The position numbers and the translations under genes are program-made. Below, piece by piece: positions 17,560-27,190 of a DNA stretch of 35,711 nt. Position 1 is the stretch's first letter. Every line of letters starts with the position of its first letter. The notes under the pieces are model-generated. The model worked only from the letters and a program-made list of their open reading frames with translations, did no database searches and had not been told where the DNA came from. Source of the DNA: Dehalococcoidia bacterium (GTDB lineage Bacteria > Chloroflexota > Dehalococcoidia > Dehalococcoidales > CSSed11-197); the NCBI GenBank assembly GCA_003552785.1, contig PUOQ01000035.1, positions 1-35,711 on the forward strand. The letters run 5' to 3'.

Positions 17560-18078
17560 TTAGTTGTCTCCTTCTGTTTTTAACGGGCCGATTTTTACCA
17601 GCCTCTCTTCTTCATGGTTATCACTGAATAATTCCTCCGGAAAATACGAATCTGTTTCAATGCCCGCCCCAAAACACCCTGCGACCTTTTTTAGCATATT
17701 AAAAGAGGTAATATTCGAAGGTGTAACCGTGGCATGGATATAACAAATACCATTCTTGCGAGCTTTTTCCACCAGGCAGGTTATCATCCGGCTGGCAATC
17801 CCATGGTTCCTATATTCGGATGAAACAGCTACCTGCCAGATAAATAATGTATCACTGGCATTGGGTATCACATAGGCCGAAACAAACCCTGCCAGTACAC
17901 CGTCATCTGTTTTGGCTGTCAGTGTGTAATCATTAAAGTGCGAGCACAGCAGCAGGTATAAATACCGCGAATTCTGGTCAAGCGAGCCACACAAGCAAAC
18001 CAGCTGGTGAATGGCCGGGCCATCCTTAAATGTTGCCGGGGCAATATTTATATTTACAGAATTATCTTTATTCATCAA
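17560..18078 (-). CDS. ectA: L-2,4-diaminobutyrate acetyltransferase (GNAT)
   Basis: GNAT fold motifs (VAVSSEYRNHGIASRMI). First gene in the ectABC order. The start is TTG 18078 or the adjacent ATG 18075. Confidence 0.88.
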   Translation of the reverse strand: MMNKDNSVNINIAPATFKDGPAIHQLVCLCGSLDQNSRYLYLLLCSHFNDYTLTAKTDDGVLAGFVSAYVIPNASDTLFIWQVAVSSEYRNHGIASRMITCLVEKARKNGICYIHATVTPSNITSFNMLKKVAGCFGAGIETDSYFPEELFSDNHEEERLVKIGPLKTEGDN

Positions 18079-18329
18079 TCAAACGGTTTTTGAATTTTAC
18101 TTTACTAGAAGCGAAATCATCCCCTGAATTTACCAGGCCATGCAAGGAAAGGTAAGCTTACTGAACAAAATGGATGAGGCAGCAGCTTCAAAGCTTGGCA
18201 TATTAAACTGCTGTTGTTATCACCAGGGGCTCAATAGAAAGCTCATAACTTGTGGTTAATTTTAACACTATTACCCCTGTATATCAATAATCCTGCCCTG
18301 TTATTATTAGCAAAAATGTTACCAGAAAC

Positions 18330-21300
18330 TCAGGTCCGGGGTAAAAGAGTTTCATTTAATTTTTTAACTGCCGTGGATTTCAGACCCTTTACATCAATCA
18401 GTGACTCCTCTTTCCCAGAGACGAGAAATATCAGTATTACCTCGCTAACAGTCTTGCCGGCAAGCTCTTCAACCGCAAGTGCATAAACCCCGGCCTGCAA
18501 CCGGTACTGCTCGGCCTTCACAGGGTCATCCAGATCGTAATTCACATCCGTCTTATAATCCGCAATTACCAGACTCTCACCTTCCTCGAACAGCAGGTCA
18601 ATAAAACCTTCGATTTGCCTGTTTTGATACGGCAGGCCGAAAAACAGTTCCCGGTAATACCTTCCGGACTTAACCGCACGCCTGACTGCAGGCATTTCCA
18701 ATGCTTTTCTTACCAGGCGGGCTACTTCTTTTTCTCGACCGGGTATACCTTCGGCATCTGCCTGGGACCGGCATATTTTATCAAGATTTTCCCCGGCCTC
18801 CAGGTCTATGGTCTGCAATACACTGTGTACTGCGCGGCCTAAATTGGAGCCACCACGGCCTTTGCGAAAATAGGCTTCACCGCCCTCTGGTTCGTCTTTA
18901 TCCTGCCGGGTTATCCGGGTCGTGCCTTCTGCCTGCGGAATCGAAGCGGCTTTAATGATATTTTCCCTGCGATCAATCCAGCGTTTTCTTTCCTCCAGCG
19001 TATCATAGCCTTTATCCAGGCACTCAGGCTCAATCTGCGGCGGAGCAACTTCAATTGATGGACAATCCAGAGTATCCCATGAGCACCCGGTTTCACAGGC
19101 GATTTTTTCAATACAGGCATTGATGGCACTGCTTTGCCCGCTTGTCTCCTTCCTGAAACAGCTAATCAAGAGATAGTCTCTGGCACGGGTGGCTGCTACA
19201 TACATCAATCGTATTTTCTCTGCCTCTCCAGCTTCATTTTCGAGCTGCTCGGCTGCCTCATAACCTGTGGTAGCAAAAACCCTGTCTCCTGAGCCTATTT
19301 TCAACTCCAGGCTACCACCCTCACCAAAGATAACCGGCTTGCCACGCTCTTTGCCTGTATCCAGGCCGGCAAGGATTACAACCGGAAACTCAAGCCCCTT
19401 TGCAGCGTGCACGGTCATTATTCTCACTGCGTCCTCATCGGGTTCTGGTACCGGTATTTCCACCATGCGAACATTTTCCTGGATCTGCGCCTGCATCCAT
19501 TCAATAAATACCCTTAGTGAACGTTCACCTATGCTGGAAAAAGCCCTCGCCTGCTCGGTAATCATCTTCAACCGGCGCAATCTTTCACGAGGACGCTCCC
19601 TGCCGAAAGCAAGCTCTGCCATGCACCTTTCCCGGATAAAGCTCTCGATCAACCGGTCAACCGGCTCACTCTGGCGCCTGAGGTTGAAATCTGCCAGCAC
19701 TCCCATTGCATTAGCCACCTTACCCCCGGCATTGCCGTGAACGGTATAATCAAGCACACCGCCCCTGCCCACAAAGTCCGCCAGCTCCTCATCGCTCAAG
19801 CCGAACGCGGTAGAACGCAGCGCAGCTACCAGTGATACCCGGTCAACAGGGCAATCTATAGCCTTCAGGCAGTGTAAAAGATCCGCCACATCCTGTGTTC
19901 CAAGCACAAAGGATTCACTCTCAATACGGTACGGAATGCCCTCGCCCTCCAGCGCCCTTTCTACATGTGGCAAAACAGTCCGCACCGGCATAAGAATGCA
20001 CATATCACCGTAATTTACCGGACGCAGCTTGCTGCTTGCTTTATCCCTCACCTTCAACGACCGGTTTTTCAGGCTCCAGGCAATTCCGGCAATAGTTTCC
20101 GACTCTTGTTTCTTTACCCGGTAAGCTTTTGAATCGATGGCCTCTCCGAATCTGTATACGCCCATCTCAGGCTCATCTGCAGTATCATCCCATCTGGGGT
20201 AAATGCCGGAGTAGGTGGCCTGAACACTGGATTCTCCACTGCCCATCCAGTTATGAAAAACAGCATTTACCCAGTCTATTACCCGTTTCTGCGAACGAAA
20301 GTTTTGCCGGAGTATGGTTTCCGGGCTGGAAAGCAGCCGGCTTACTTTTTGCACGGCAGCAATATCAGCCCGGCGAAAGCGGTAGATGGACTGCTTCGGG
20401 TCGCCGACCACAAATAGCTTGCCGGGGGCAATTTTTATGTTCTGCCATTCCTTCGCGGCAACAGCCCCCTCACCCATTCTGTTGCTATCTGCTGCCAGGA
20501 AAAAGGCTATTTCAGCCTGTATAGGATCTGTATCCTGAAATTCATCTATCAAAATATGGCTGAAGCGTTTTTGGAAATACCGCCTGACCTCCGCATTGTC
20601 CCGTAACATATCCCGGGCAAGTACCAGTAGATCGTGAAATTCCACGCTGCCGCTCTCAACGCGGGACTTTACCCAGCCTTTGATTGAGCAGGCAAGGTCC
20701 TCCAGCAGCGGCACCAGGCTGACGCGACGCAAGGCGGCAAGCTCCTGCCCAACCTGACAGTCCAGCTCTTTAAGAAGATCTTTTAAAACCGTGCAGGCAG
20801 ACCGGCCGGTACAGGGATCATCAAGCCAGTTATCCTTATTTCCCCTGGAGCAGGATAGTTTGCCAAACCTGCTAATTTCTGCCAGAGCTTCTGCAGTATT
20901 CAGCCCCCTCAAATCAAGGTTGCGAATCAACCCGGATACTTCTTTACAGTGGGTATAAAGGGTGTCCCTGCGGCCTTCTTTTACCAGCCTGCTTAGATCC
21001 TGGACTCTTCCAGAGGCCTCTACCAGCTTCGAAATCAGGTCTGTGTCCGGCTCTTCACCCCGTTCGAACCTTTCCGGCAGCCTGTCGTAATTATCATGCA
21101 TAACCCTGGCAGCGGATTTCAGGCCTTCTGTTTTTAAACCAAACTGCATGGCCTGAAGCAGGGCCGGGGCGAGTTCATCTCTTTCCATTACACCATCAAG
21201 CCATGATTGCCAGTTATTTTCGAACCGGATGCCGGCTTCCATTTCAGGAGACACTCTAAAGTTCGGCGGCAAATGCGCCTCCAAAGGCTTCTCCCTTAAC

Positions 21301-21647
21301 AGGGCGCCGGCAAAACTGTGAAGCGTTTGAATTATGCCATCATCAAAATGGTCCAGTGCTCGCCTGCAGTTAGCCCTGGCTCTTTCGCTCAAGCCCCCAT
21401 CTTCTGCATATTCTTCCAGCCGGCAACGCACCCTGTCCCTCAGTTCGGCAGCAGCTGCTTCGGTGAATGTAATAGCGGCAATCCGTCCGATTTCACCGGT
21501 GCCGGTAGTTATCAGCCGGCTTATGCGCTCAACTATAACACTCGTCTTGCCGGTACCGGCGCCGGCTTCGACAAAAAAAGTGGTGTTAAGCTCGTTTAGC
21601 AGCTGTTGCCGGAGATTTCTGTCAACCGGTGTAAATTCCCCGCTCAA
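18330..21647 (-). CDS. addA: AddA/RecB-type UvrD-family helicase with C-terminal PD-(D/E)xK nuclease
   Basis: Walker A AGAGTGKT, motif II DEFQDTD and motif III VGDPKQSIYRFRRAD. C-terminal nuclease GFIDLLF...VIADYKTD. The start overlaps the addB stop. Confidence 0.8.
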   Translation of the reverse strand: MSGEFTPVDRNLRQQLLNELNTTFFVEAGAGTGKTSVIVERISRLITTGTGEIGRIAAITFTEAAAAELRDRVRCRLEEYAEDGGLSERARANCRRALDHFDDGIIQTLHSFAGALLREKPLEAHLPPNFRVSPEMEAGIRFENNWQSWLDGVMERDELAPALLQAMQFGLKTEGLKSAARVMHDNYDRLPERFERGEEPDTDLISKLVEASGRVQDLSRLVKEGRRDTLYTHCKEVSGLIRNLDLRGLNTAEALAEISRFGKLSCSRGNKDNWLDDPCTGRSACTVLKDLLKELDCQVGQELAALRRVSLVPLLEDLACSIKGWVKSRVESGSVEFHDLLVLARDMLRDNAEVRRYFQKRFSHILIDEFQDTDPIQAEIAFFLAADSNRMGEGAVAAKEWQNIKIAPGKLFVVGDPKQSIYRFRRADIAAVQKVSRLLSSPETILRQNFRSQKRVIDWVNAVFHNWMGSGESSVQATYSGIYPRWDDTADEPEMGVYRFGEAIDSKAYRVKKQESETIAGIAWSLKNRSLKVRDKASSKLRPVNYGDMCILMPVRTVLPHVERALEGEGIPYRIESESFVLGTQDVADLLHCLKAIDCPVDRVSLVAALRSTAFGLSDEELADFVGRGGVLDYTVHGNAGGKVANAMGVLADFNLRRQSEPVDRLIESFIRERCMAELAFGRERPRERLRRLKMITEQARAFSSIGERSLRVFIEWMQAQIQENVRMVEIPVPEPDEDAVRIMTVHAAKGLEFPVVILAGLDTGKERGKPVIFGEGGSLELKIGSGDRVFATTGYEAAEQLENEAGEAEKIRLMYVAATRARDYLLISCFRKETSGQSSAINACIEKIACETGCSWDTLDCPSIEVAPPQIEPECLDKGYDTLEERKRWIDRRENIIKAASIPQAEGTTRITRQDKDEPEGGEAYFRKGRGGSNLGRAVHSVLQTIDLEAGENLDKICRSQADAEGIPGREKEVARLVRKALEMPAVRRAVKSGRYYRELFFGLPYQNRQIEGFIDLLFEEGESLVIADYKTDVNYDLDDPVKAEQYRLQAGVYALAVEELAGKTVSEVILIFLVSGKEESLIDVKGLKSTAVKKLNETLLPRT

Positions 21648-24600
21648 CGTCTTTCCTCCCCACCTGTTTCATCGCCTGTCATTTTCATATACCCTGAAAC
21701 TAAAGAGTCTCCTGATTTTCTTTCACGGCTTATCCAGCCGTCTACCGGGCATATTTGCCTGTAATCACAATATTCGCAATTAGGGCAATCCTCCCCTCCA
21801 GGGTTGGCGGGAAAAATACCGTTTTCTATACCCGAAACGATTACCTCCACGAATTGACCGAATTGCCTTACAAGCTCGGGGCTACATTCAATTTCCTTTC
21901 GCCGGAAGCCTCCTCTGGAAGAAATCAGCCAGTATGCCGCCCTTATATCACAACCCGGCTCAAATAGCCCGGCGGCTGCCAGGGCATACACCGGGAGCTG
22001 CAGCCGGGTGCCGTTTGCCAGCGGGTCTTCTTTCATCTTAGAATAGCCATAATCACTGCCTGTTTTATAGTCTATTACCAGGGCGTTTAAACCCCCCGCA
22101 TCGGCATCGATTCTGTCGATTACACCCCTGAAGCTGACCTTCCTGCCCTGGTCGAATTCGATCTCAACGGCCGGGGCAGTATCTTCCTCCCCGAAACCAA
22201 ACTTCCACTCCACCTTCACCGGAGAGGAGTTCATTTCGGCACGCATCTCATCATCCTTTTGTAAGAACTTGCGAAGGTCATTCAGGATTTCTTCCTTTAC
22301 CACCTTCCAGAGAAGAGGCCTTCCGGTTATGCCGCAGGCCTCGACTTCGTCAAATTCCTCACCGGCAATCTGCTCCAGCAATTCCCGGTGGCAACCCTTC
22401 CAGCCTTCTCCATAACCCGGCAGGCTGCCTGTTTGACAAAGAGTCCGTATAAAACGCTCCAGTATTCGATGCACCAGACTGCCGCGGTCCAGAGCGGAAA
22501 TGGAGATAATCTCCTCGGGCTTTTCAAAGATTTCAATGCCAAGAATATACCTTAAATAGTAACTGAAAGGGCACTTTGCCCAGCATTCCAGCTGGGTTGG
22601 AGAGCGGGGTTTTTCACCGGAAATACCCAATAACGGGCTTGCTCCGGACATGGCGGAGAGGTTACCATCCCAGGCGGTAAACGCCTTGCTCCGCCGCGAC
22701 ATCTCCGCCTTGAGGGACTGGCGGCGGTCACCATCACCCGTATACAGTAAATGTTCTTTCAGCGGCTTTCCCGCCCGGTGCCACAGTGCCAGGCTGTGCA
22801 TATCGTAGTCATGCAGGTCTGCCGGCACCAGAGTACCCAGTCCGCTCAAGCTGTGGTAGGTAGAACTGACCACCGTAAGCCATGGCTCAGCTGCCATTTG
22901 CTCCAGGTTGGAGGCATTAACCGGATTTAGCCCGGCCTCTTTCACACTGGAATCACACCTGGCACGATACAAAACACCGGCCTCCCTTATAAGCCATGAA
23001 GCAGGATAACTGTACCTGGATCCGGTGCCGCCAGAGCGGGCGAATGAAAAGAAGCACTTGCCCGGTATGGAGGTTACCGTCTTGAAAATACGGCGCTCCT
23101 CAATACGGCGGTGGTGTTTTAACTTTAAAGGAGAAAAATTCCCCATTTCCGAGCGCAAAGAATCAGGAATAACCGCATCATCCCTGGCACGTGGAGGGAA
23201 ACTCCCCTCTGCCATGCCCAGAATATGTATTACCTCAAAGCCCATGCCCTCGGCAGTTTTGAGGGTTCCGCTAAACACCCCCTCTCCGGTAGCACCTAGA
23301 CGCCCGGAGCCACCCTTCAACGTGTCGCGTAATGCCTGCAAAAACCCGGCAAAACTGACTCCTTCCGGCTCAATAATCTCAATTCTTGCCAGATCACCAA
23401 CAGCGGCCACTACCCTGTCATACCTGGCCTCTTCTTCCGCGGGCCAGCTTTCCGGGCTGGCATACTTTTCCAGCGCTTTTACCGCCCAGGCACTGAATTC
23501 CTTCCACCCGGCGCCGTCTGCAGGAGGGTTGCTTTCCGTCAACTCTTTTATAAAGACCTTTAATTCACAGGCGGCATCAAAGCTGGTTTTTCTCCGTGCC
23601 AGAGCCAATTCACTTCCTTCTTCCCGGTAAAAGCCAGGCCATCTAATCCTTTTTCCGGCATCAACAGTGTAACGCTCCAGCCGCTTCAGCCACTGCCCCG
23701 CACCGCCAGTTATGCCCGCCTTGCCGGAGATTTCTTCCCACAATGCCGCTTGCCGTAAAGCACTGCCATCACCGGACCTGGTTTTTACCGGTGATTCAGC
23801 CACCCACCTGATCAGGCTCTCCCGGGAAAAGCCGGATTCAAACACGCCTATCAGGCCCAGCAATAATTTGCCCGCAACCGAATCTTTAAGCGGCATTGGA
23901 TCGGGCCCGGAGGCTGGAATACCCGCCAGTTTAAGCTGGTTTGCTACCAGTTCCGCATACGGTTCACTGCCAGGATATAGAACAGCCATCCTGTTAAACA
24001 CTACCCCCTTTTCTGCGTGGTGCATGATGTTACGCACTGCCCAGCGGATTTCCTCCTGCGGGTCCGGAGCGACCATGATATGGCTTTCAAAGGGAGAAGC
24101 TTTTTCAGAGGCCGTGCCGGCAGCTGCTTCACCCATTACCGGCACCAGTCTTCCGGCCAGCTCCAATGCCTTGCCGTCAACTTCTTCTTCGCCCGTAATA
24201 CCCAGAATTATGCTCAAAATGTCTTTAGCACCAAGTGCCTTTAATATGGCGTATTCACCGGGAGTAAAATCACCCGGTATATAAAAAATAATATGGCCCA
24301 GATCTTTCAGGGCGCTTTCTGAAAAACCACCTTCTACGGCGCGGGCGGCACTGAAGCCAAGCTCTTCTCTATCGTAATGCCCCCGGGTGAGGGCTTTGAA
24401 AGAACGGTACCAGTATATAATCTGGCCGGTAAGCGGGCTTTTTGCCTCCAGCCAGGAAAGTTGCTCCGCAGACAGCATGTCAAGCTCGTCAAAAACGCGG
24501 GACAGGTATTCATGCAAAGGCGGGTGAGAGGCAACCGCTCCCAGTGGTTCCCTCCCTGCCATTTCACCGGCAAAATGGCGTATGGCTGCCAGCTTTACAA

Positions 24601-24871
24601 TCGGAGCAAGGGCAGATTTACCTTCAGCTACCAGCACCGGTGCCCCCAGATATTCCGCCAGCCGGGGCGTAACCATAAAGCGTACGTTTAAGAGTCCACA
24701 ACTACTGCCGATGGCACGCCTGAGATGAACACCGGCATACATCGATGGCACGATAACGGTAACCGGATAAAGCCGGTCATTGGTCTTTACCCGGTCAATA
24801 ATTTCTGCCAGGCGGCCTTCGCCACCCGGGCCGTAGTATTCTAAAAACAGTTTCGGCGCTGCCATAATCAC
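21644..24871 (-). CDS. addB: AddB-type helicase-nuclease subunit B (inactive ATPase fold, PD-(D/E)xK nuclease, Fe-S staple)
   Basis: Degenerate P-loop GPGGEGRL. C-terminal nuclease GVIDRID...VIDYKTG. A Cys around CWAKCPFSYY plus the distal CPNCEYCDYRQIC fits the AddB C...CxxCxxxxxC iron-sulfur staple. The order addB then addA matches Bacillus. Confidence 0.75.
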   Translation of the reverse strand: MIMAAPKLFLEYYGPGGEGRLAEIIDRVKTNDRLYPVTVIVPSMYAGVHLRRAIGSSCGLLNVRFMVTPRLAEYLGAPVLVAEGKSALAPIVKLAAIRHFAGEMAGREPLGAVASHPPLHEYLSRVFDELDMLSAEQLSWLEAKSPLTGQIIYWYRSFKALTRGHYDREELGFSAARAVEGGFSESALKDLGHIIFYIPGDFTPGEYAILKALGAKDILSIILGITGEEEVDGKALELAGRLVPVMGEAAAGTASEKASPFESHIMVAPDPQEEIRWAVRNIMHHAEKGVVFNRMAVLYPGSEPYAELVANQLKLAGIPASGPDPMPLKDSVAGKLLLGLIGVFESGFSRESLIRWVAESPVKTRSGDGSALRQAALWEEISGKAGITGGAGQWLKRLERYTVDAGKRIRWPGFYREEGSELALARRKTSFDAACELKVFIKELTESNPPADGAGWKEFSAWAVKALEKYASPESWPAEEEARYDRVVAAVGDLARIEIIEPEGVSFAGFLQALRDTLKGGSGRLGATGEGVFSGTLKTAEGMGFEVIHILGMAEGSFPPRARDDAVIPDSLRSEMGNFSPLKLKHHRRIEERRIFKTVTSIPGKCFFSFARSGGTGSRYSYPASWLIREAGVLYRARCDSSVKEAGLNPVNASNLEQMAAEPWLTVVSSTYHSLSGLGTLVPADLHDYDMHSLALWHRAGKPLKEHLLYTGDGDRRQSLKAEMSRRSKAFTAWDGNLSAMSGASPLLGISGEKPRSPTQLECWAKCPFSYYLRYILGIEIFEKPEEIISISALDRGSLVHRILERFIRTLCQTGSLPGYGEGWKGCHRELLEQIAGEEFDEVEACGITGRPLLWKVVKEEILNDLRKFLQKDDEMRAEMNSSPVKVEWKFGFGEEDTAPAVEIEFDQGRKVSFRGVIDRIDADAGGLNALVIDYKTGSDYGYSKMKEDPLANGTRLQLPVYALAAAGLFEPGCDIRAAYWLISSRGGFRRKEIECSPELVRQFGQFVEVIVSGIENGIFPANPGGEDCPNCEYCDYRQICPVDGWISRERKSGDSLVSGYMKMTGDETGGEERR

Positions 24872-24935
24872 CCTGGCATGGTTTTTCTACACAGTGATTA
24901 TTGTAGCACAAGGGTTTGACCTGATTGTTTGATGG

Positions 24936-25583
24936 CTAATAAACCGCCTGTTTTCCCTTTTTCCCGATACGAAAGATTATGGCAATTACAAAACCGGTAA
25001 CAAAACCACCAATGTGTGCCATGTAAGCTATCTCGGCCTCAGCCGTACTGCCCAGCGAGCCGACTCCGTAAAATACCTGTATAACGAACCAGAAGCCAAG
25101 CACGATTATTGCCGGCAGGGGTATTATGATAAAGCCCATAAGCACAATTACCCTGGCTACTGGATACAATACCAGATAAGCACCCAGTACACCCGCCACA
25201 GCGCCGGAAGCACCCAGTGTGGGTATAACAGAACCAGCATTGAAAAGCATGTGGGTAAATGTGGCTGTCAGCCCGCATATTATGTAAAAGAATATGAAGA
25301 AAACATGGCCAAACCTGTCCTCGATATTGTCCCCGAACACCCACAGATAAAGCATATTGCCAAGGATGTGCAGCCAGCCGGCATGCATAAACATGGAGGT
25401 AAAAAGGGTGGGCAGTTGGCCCAGAGGGTCAGCCAGGAAGCGCTGGGGAACAAAAGACCAGGTTATGACAAAAGCCTCTCCCTGGGTCATCTCAAAGAAA
25501 AACATTACGAAGTTGAGCCCAATCAACAGATAGGTAAACCAGGGAATAATTCTTCTCGGATTATAGTCTGCCAGTGGCAACAT
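24936..25583 (-). CDS. Rhomboid-family intramembrane serine protease
   Basis: Six TM segments. HAGWLHILGNM motif, catalytic GASGAVAG, and catalytic His in AHIGGF. Confidence 0.87.
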   Translation of the reverse strand: MLPLADYNPRRIIPWFTYLLIGLNFVMFFFEMTQGEAFVITWSFVPQRFLADPLGQLPTLFTSMFMHAGWLHILGNMLYLWVFGDNIEDRFGHVFFIFFYIICGLTATFTHMLFNAGSVIPTLGASGAVAGVLGAYLVLYPVARVIVLMGFIIIPLPAIIVLGFWFVIQVFYGVGSLGSTAEAEIAYMAHIGGFVTGFVIAIIFRIGKKGKQAVY

Positions 25584-25872
25584 TTTAAAAACCTGCCCCG
25601 AATCTTTATTCGGGCTAGATTATAAGATTATCCCGGGCTATTAAACAACTACAGCCTAACAATCAGAGTATTTTTCAGCTTTAAGGGCCCCAAAGCTTGC
25701 CGGGGCAAGTGCAAAAGGGACATGCATGGCAGTTCGTTAATAATGATGTTAGAATTTTAAATATAAATGTACTTTGTATGGGAACATTTCCCATTCTGTC
25801 TATCAGATGCTTTCTTTACTGTTTAACAGATAAAGATCCCCTGGTAACAAAAAACTCGAAAGGAGGTGCTTA

Positions 25873-27171
25873 ATTAAAAAGCACATTTTTGTACATGGTT
25901 TAGATGATTTTGGCAAGAATGAACTTGAAAGAATCAGTGATGAAAAAGACACATACGAGTTCCACGCCTTAACAACATTCAAAGAAACAAGGATTAAAAG
26001 TGCGAAAGGGATTGATTGGCTAATAAAAGAAAGCCAAAAACGCCTCGAGCAAAATGAAGGCTATGTTGATGGTGTTATTGGGTACTGGGATTTCCCGATT
26101 AGTACCACCTTGCCCATTATATGCAAAAAATTCAATTTAACTGCTCCTGCTCTGGAAAGCGTCCTCAAGTGTGAACACAAATACTGGAGCAGGCATGAAC
26201 AAAAGTCAGCAATACCTGAATGTACTCCAGATTATTTGCGCTTCAACCCCTTCGACTCAAATTATCACAAGGCCATCAATCTTAAATATCCATTCTGGAT
26301 TAAGCCGATTAAGTCTTATAATTCCCAGCTTGGATTTAAAATCCTGAGCAGGAAAGATTTGGACCATGCAATCAGGCACATACGTAAAAAGCTTCATATT
26401 TTTTCTGAGCCTTTCAACCAAATACTTTCTTATGCTAACACACCTTCCGAAATCAGTGATGGATCTAAAGATTTTTGCATAGCCGAACAGGTTGTAACCG
26501 GCCGCCTTTGCACCCTGGAAGGCCATGTGTTCAGGGGTAAATTATACGTCCACGGTATTATTGACTCATTCAGGTATCCAAAAATATCTTCTTTTCAAAG
26601 GTACCAGTACCCTTCAAGAATGCCCGGGAAAGCACAGTCAAGAATGAAAGAGTATGCCCGGCGGATTATACTTCACCTGGGCCTGGATAACTCCGGTTTT
26701 AACATTGAATTTTTTTATGATGAGAAAAGGGATAAAATCTGGCTGCTTGAGATTAACCCGCGGGTATCACAATCACACACTAATCTATTCTGGAAGGTAG
26801 ATGGTATACCCAGCTTGAAAATTGCAGTAGATATCGCTCTTGGTAAAAAACCCCCTGAAATGCGTAGAAAGGGTAAATACAATACCTCAGCAAAGTTTTA
26901 TTACCGTACATTTAAGGACGGCCGGGTTTTAAAAGCCCCATCAGATGAACAGTTACGGGAAATAGGGCAGAAATTTCCCGACACAATAATTCAAAAAGTA
27001 GCAAGTGAAGGTGACTTATTGTCCGAATTACCCGACCAGGACAGCTATAGTTTTGTACTGGCAAATGTTTATATTGGTGCAAAAAATACTCCTGAACTTT
27101 TGGATAAATATTCAAAAATTACAAAAATGCTTGATTATAAAATTGATAGAGGAGATGTAACTGGAGAATAG
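25873..27171 (+). CDS. ATP-grasp domain enzyme (unknown ligase), probably initiated at ATT
   Basis: ATP-grasp core with LLEINPR. The 79 in-frame codons upstream of the track start (TTG 26110) encode a plausible pre-ATP-grasp domain, KHIFVHGLDDFG...DGVIGYWDFPIST. That stretch contains no ATG, GTG or TTG. SD AAAGGAGGTG lies 6 nt before ATT 25873. Confidence 0.7.
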   Translation: MKKHIFVHGLDDFGKNELERISDEKDTYEFHALTTFKETRIKSAKGIDWLIKESQKRLEQNEGYVDGVIGYWDFPISTTLPIICKKFNLTAPALESVLKCEHKYWSRHEQKSAIPECTPDYLRFNPFDSNYHKAINLKYPFWIKPIKSYNSQLGFKILSRKDLDHAIRHIRKKLHIFSEPFNQILSYANTPSEISDGSKDFCIAEQVVTGRLCTLEGHVFRGKLYVHGIIDSFRYPKISSFQRYQYPSRMPGKAQSRMKEYARRIILHLGLDNSGFNIEFFYDEKRDKIWLLEINPRVSQSHTNLFWKVDGIPSLKIAVDIALGKKPPEMRRKGKYNTSAKFYYRTFKDGRVLKAPSDEQLREIGQKFPDTIIQKVASEGDLLSELPDQDSYSFVLANVYIGAKNTPELLDKYSKITKMLDYKIDRGDVTGE

Positions 27172-27190
27172 GAAAGGAGGGAAGAAGGCC

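Noticed and set aside
23025-24284. Long plus-strand ORFs (201 aa and 190 aa) antisense to addB. Similar antisense ORFs occur at 3996..4481, 5339..5836, 10753..11342, 19267..19740 and 25014..25625.
   Set aside because: Their composition is Ser/Pro/Arg/Ala-rich and low-complexity, typical of the antisense frame of real genes. They have no SD or motifs, and each is fully nested in a well-supported gene on the other strand.
26110-27171. TTG 26110 as the true start of the ATP-grasp protein
   Set aside because: It has no SD. It would also delete an upstream in-frame segment that looks like the conserved N-terminal subdomain and is preceded by a strong SD.
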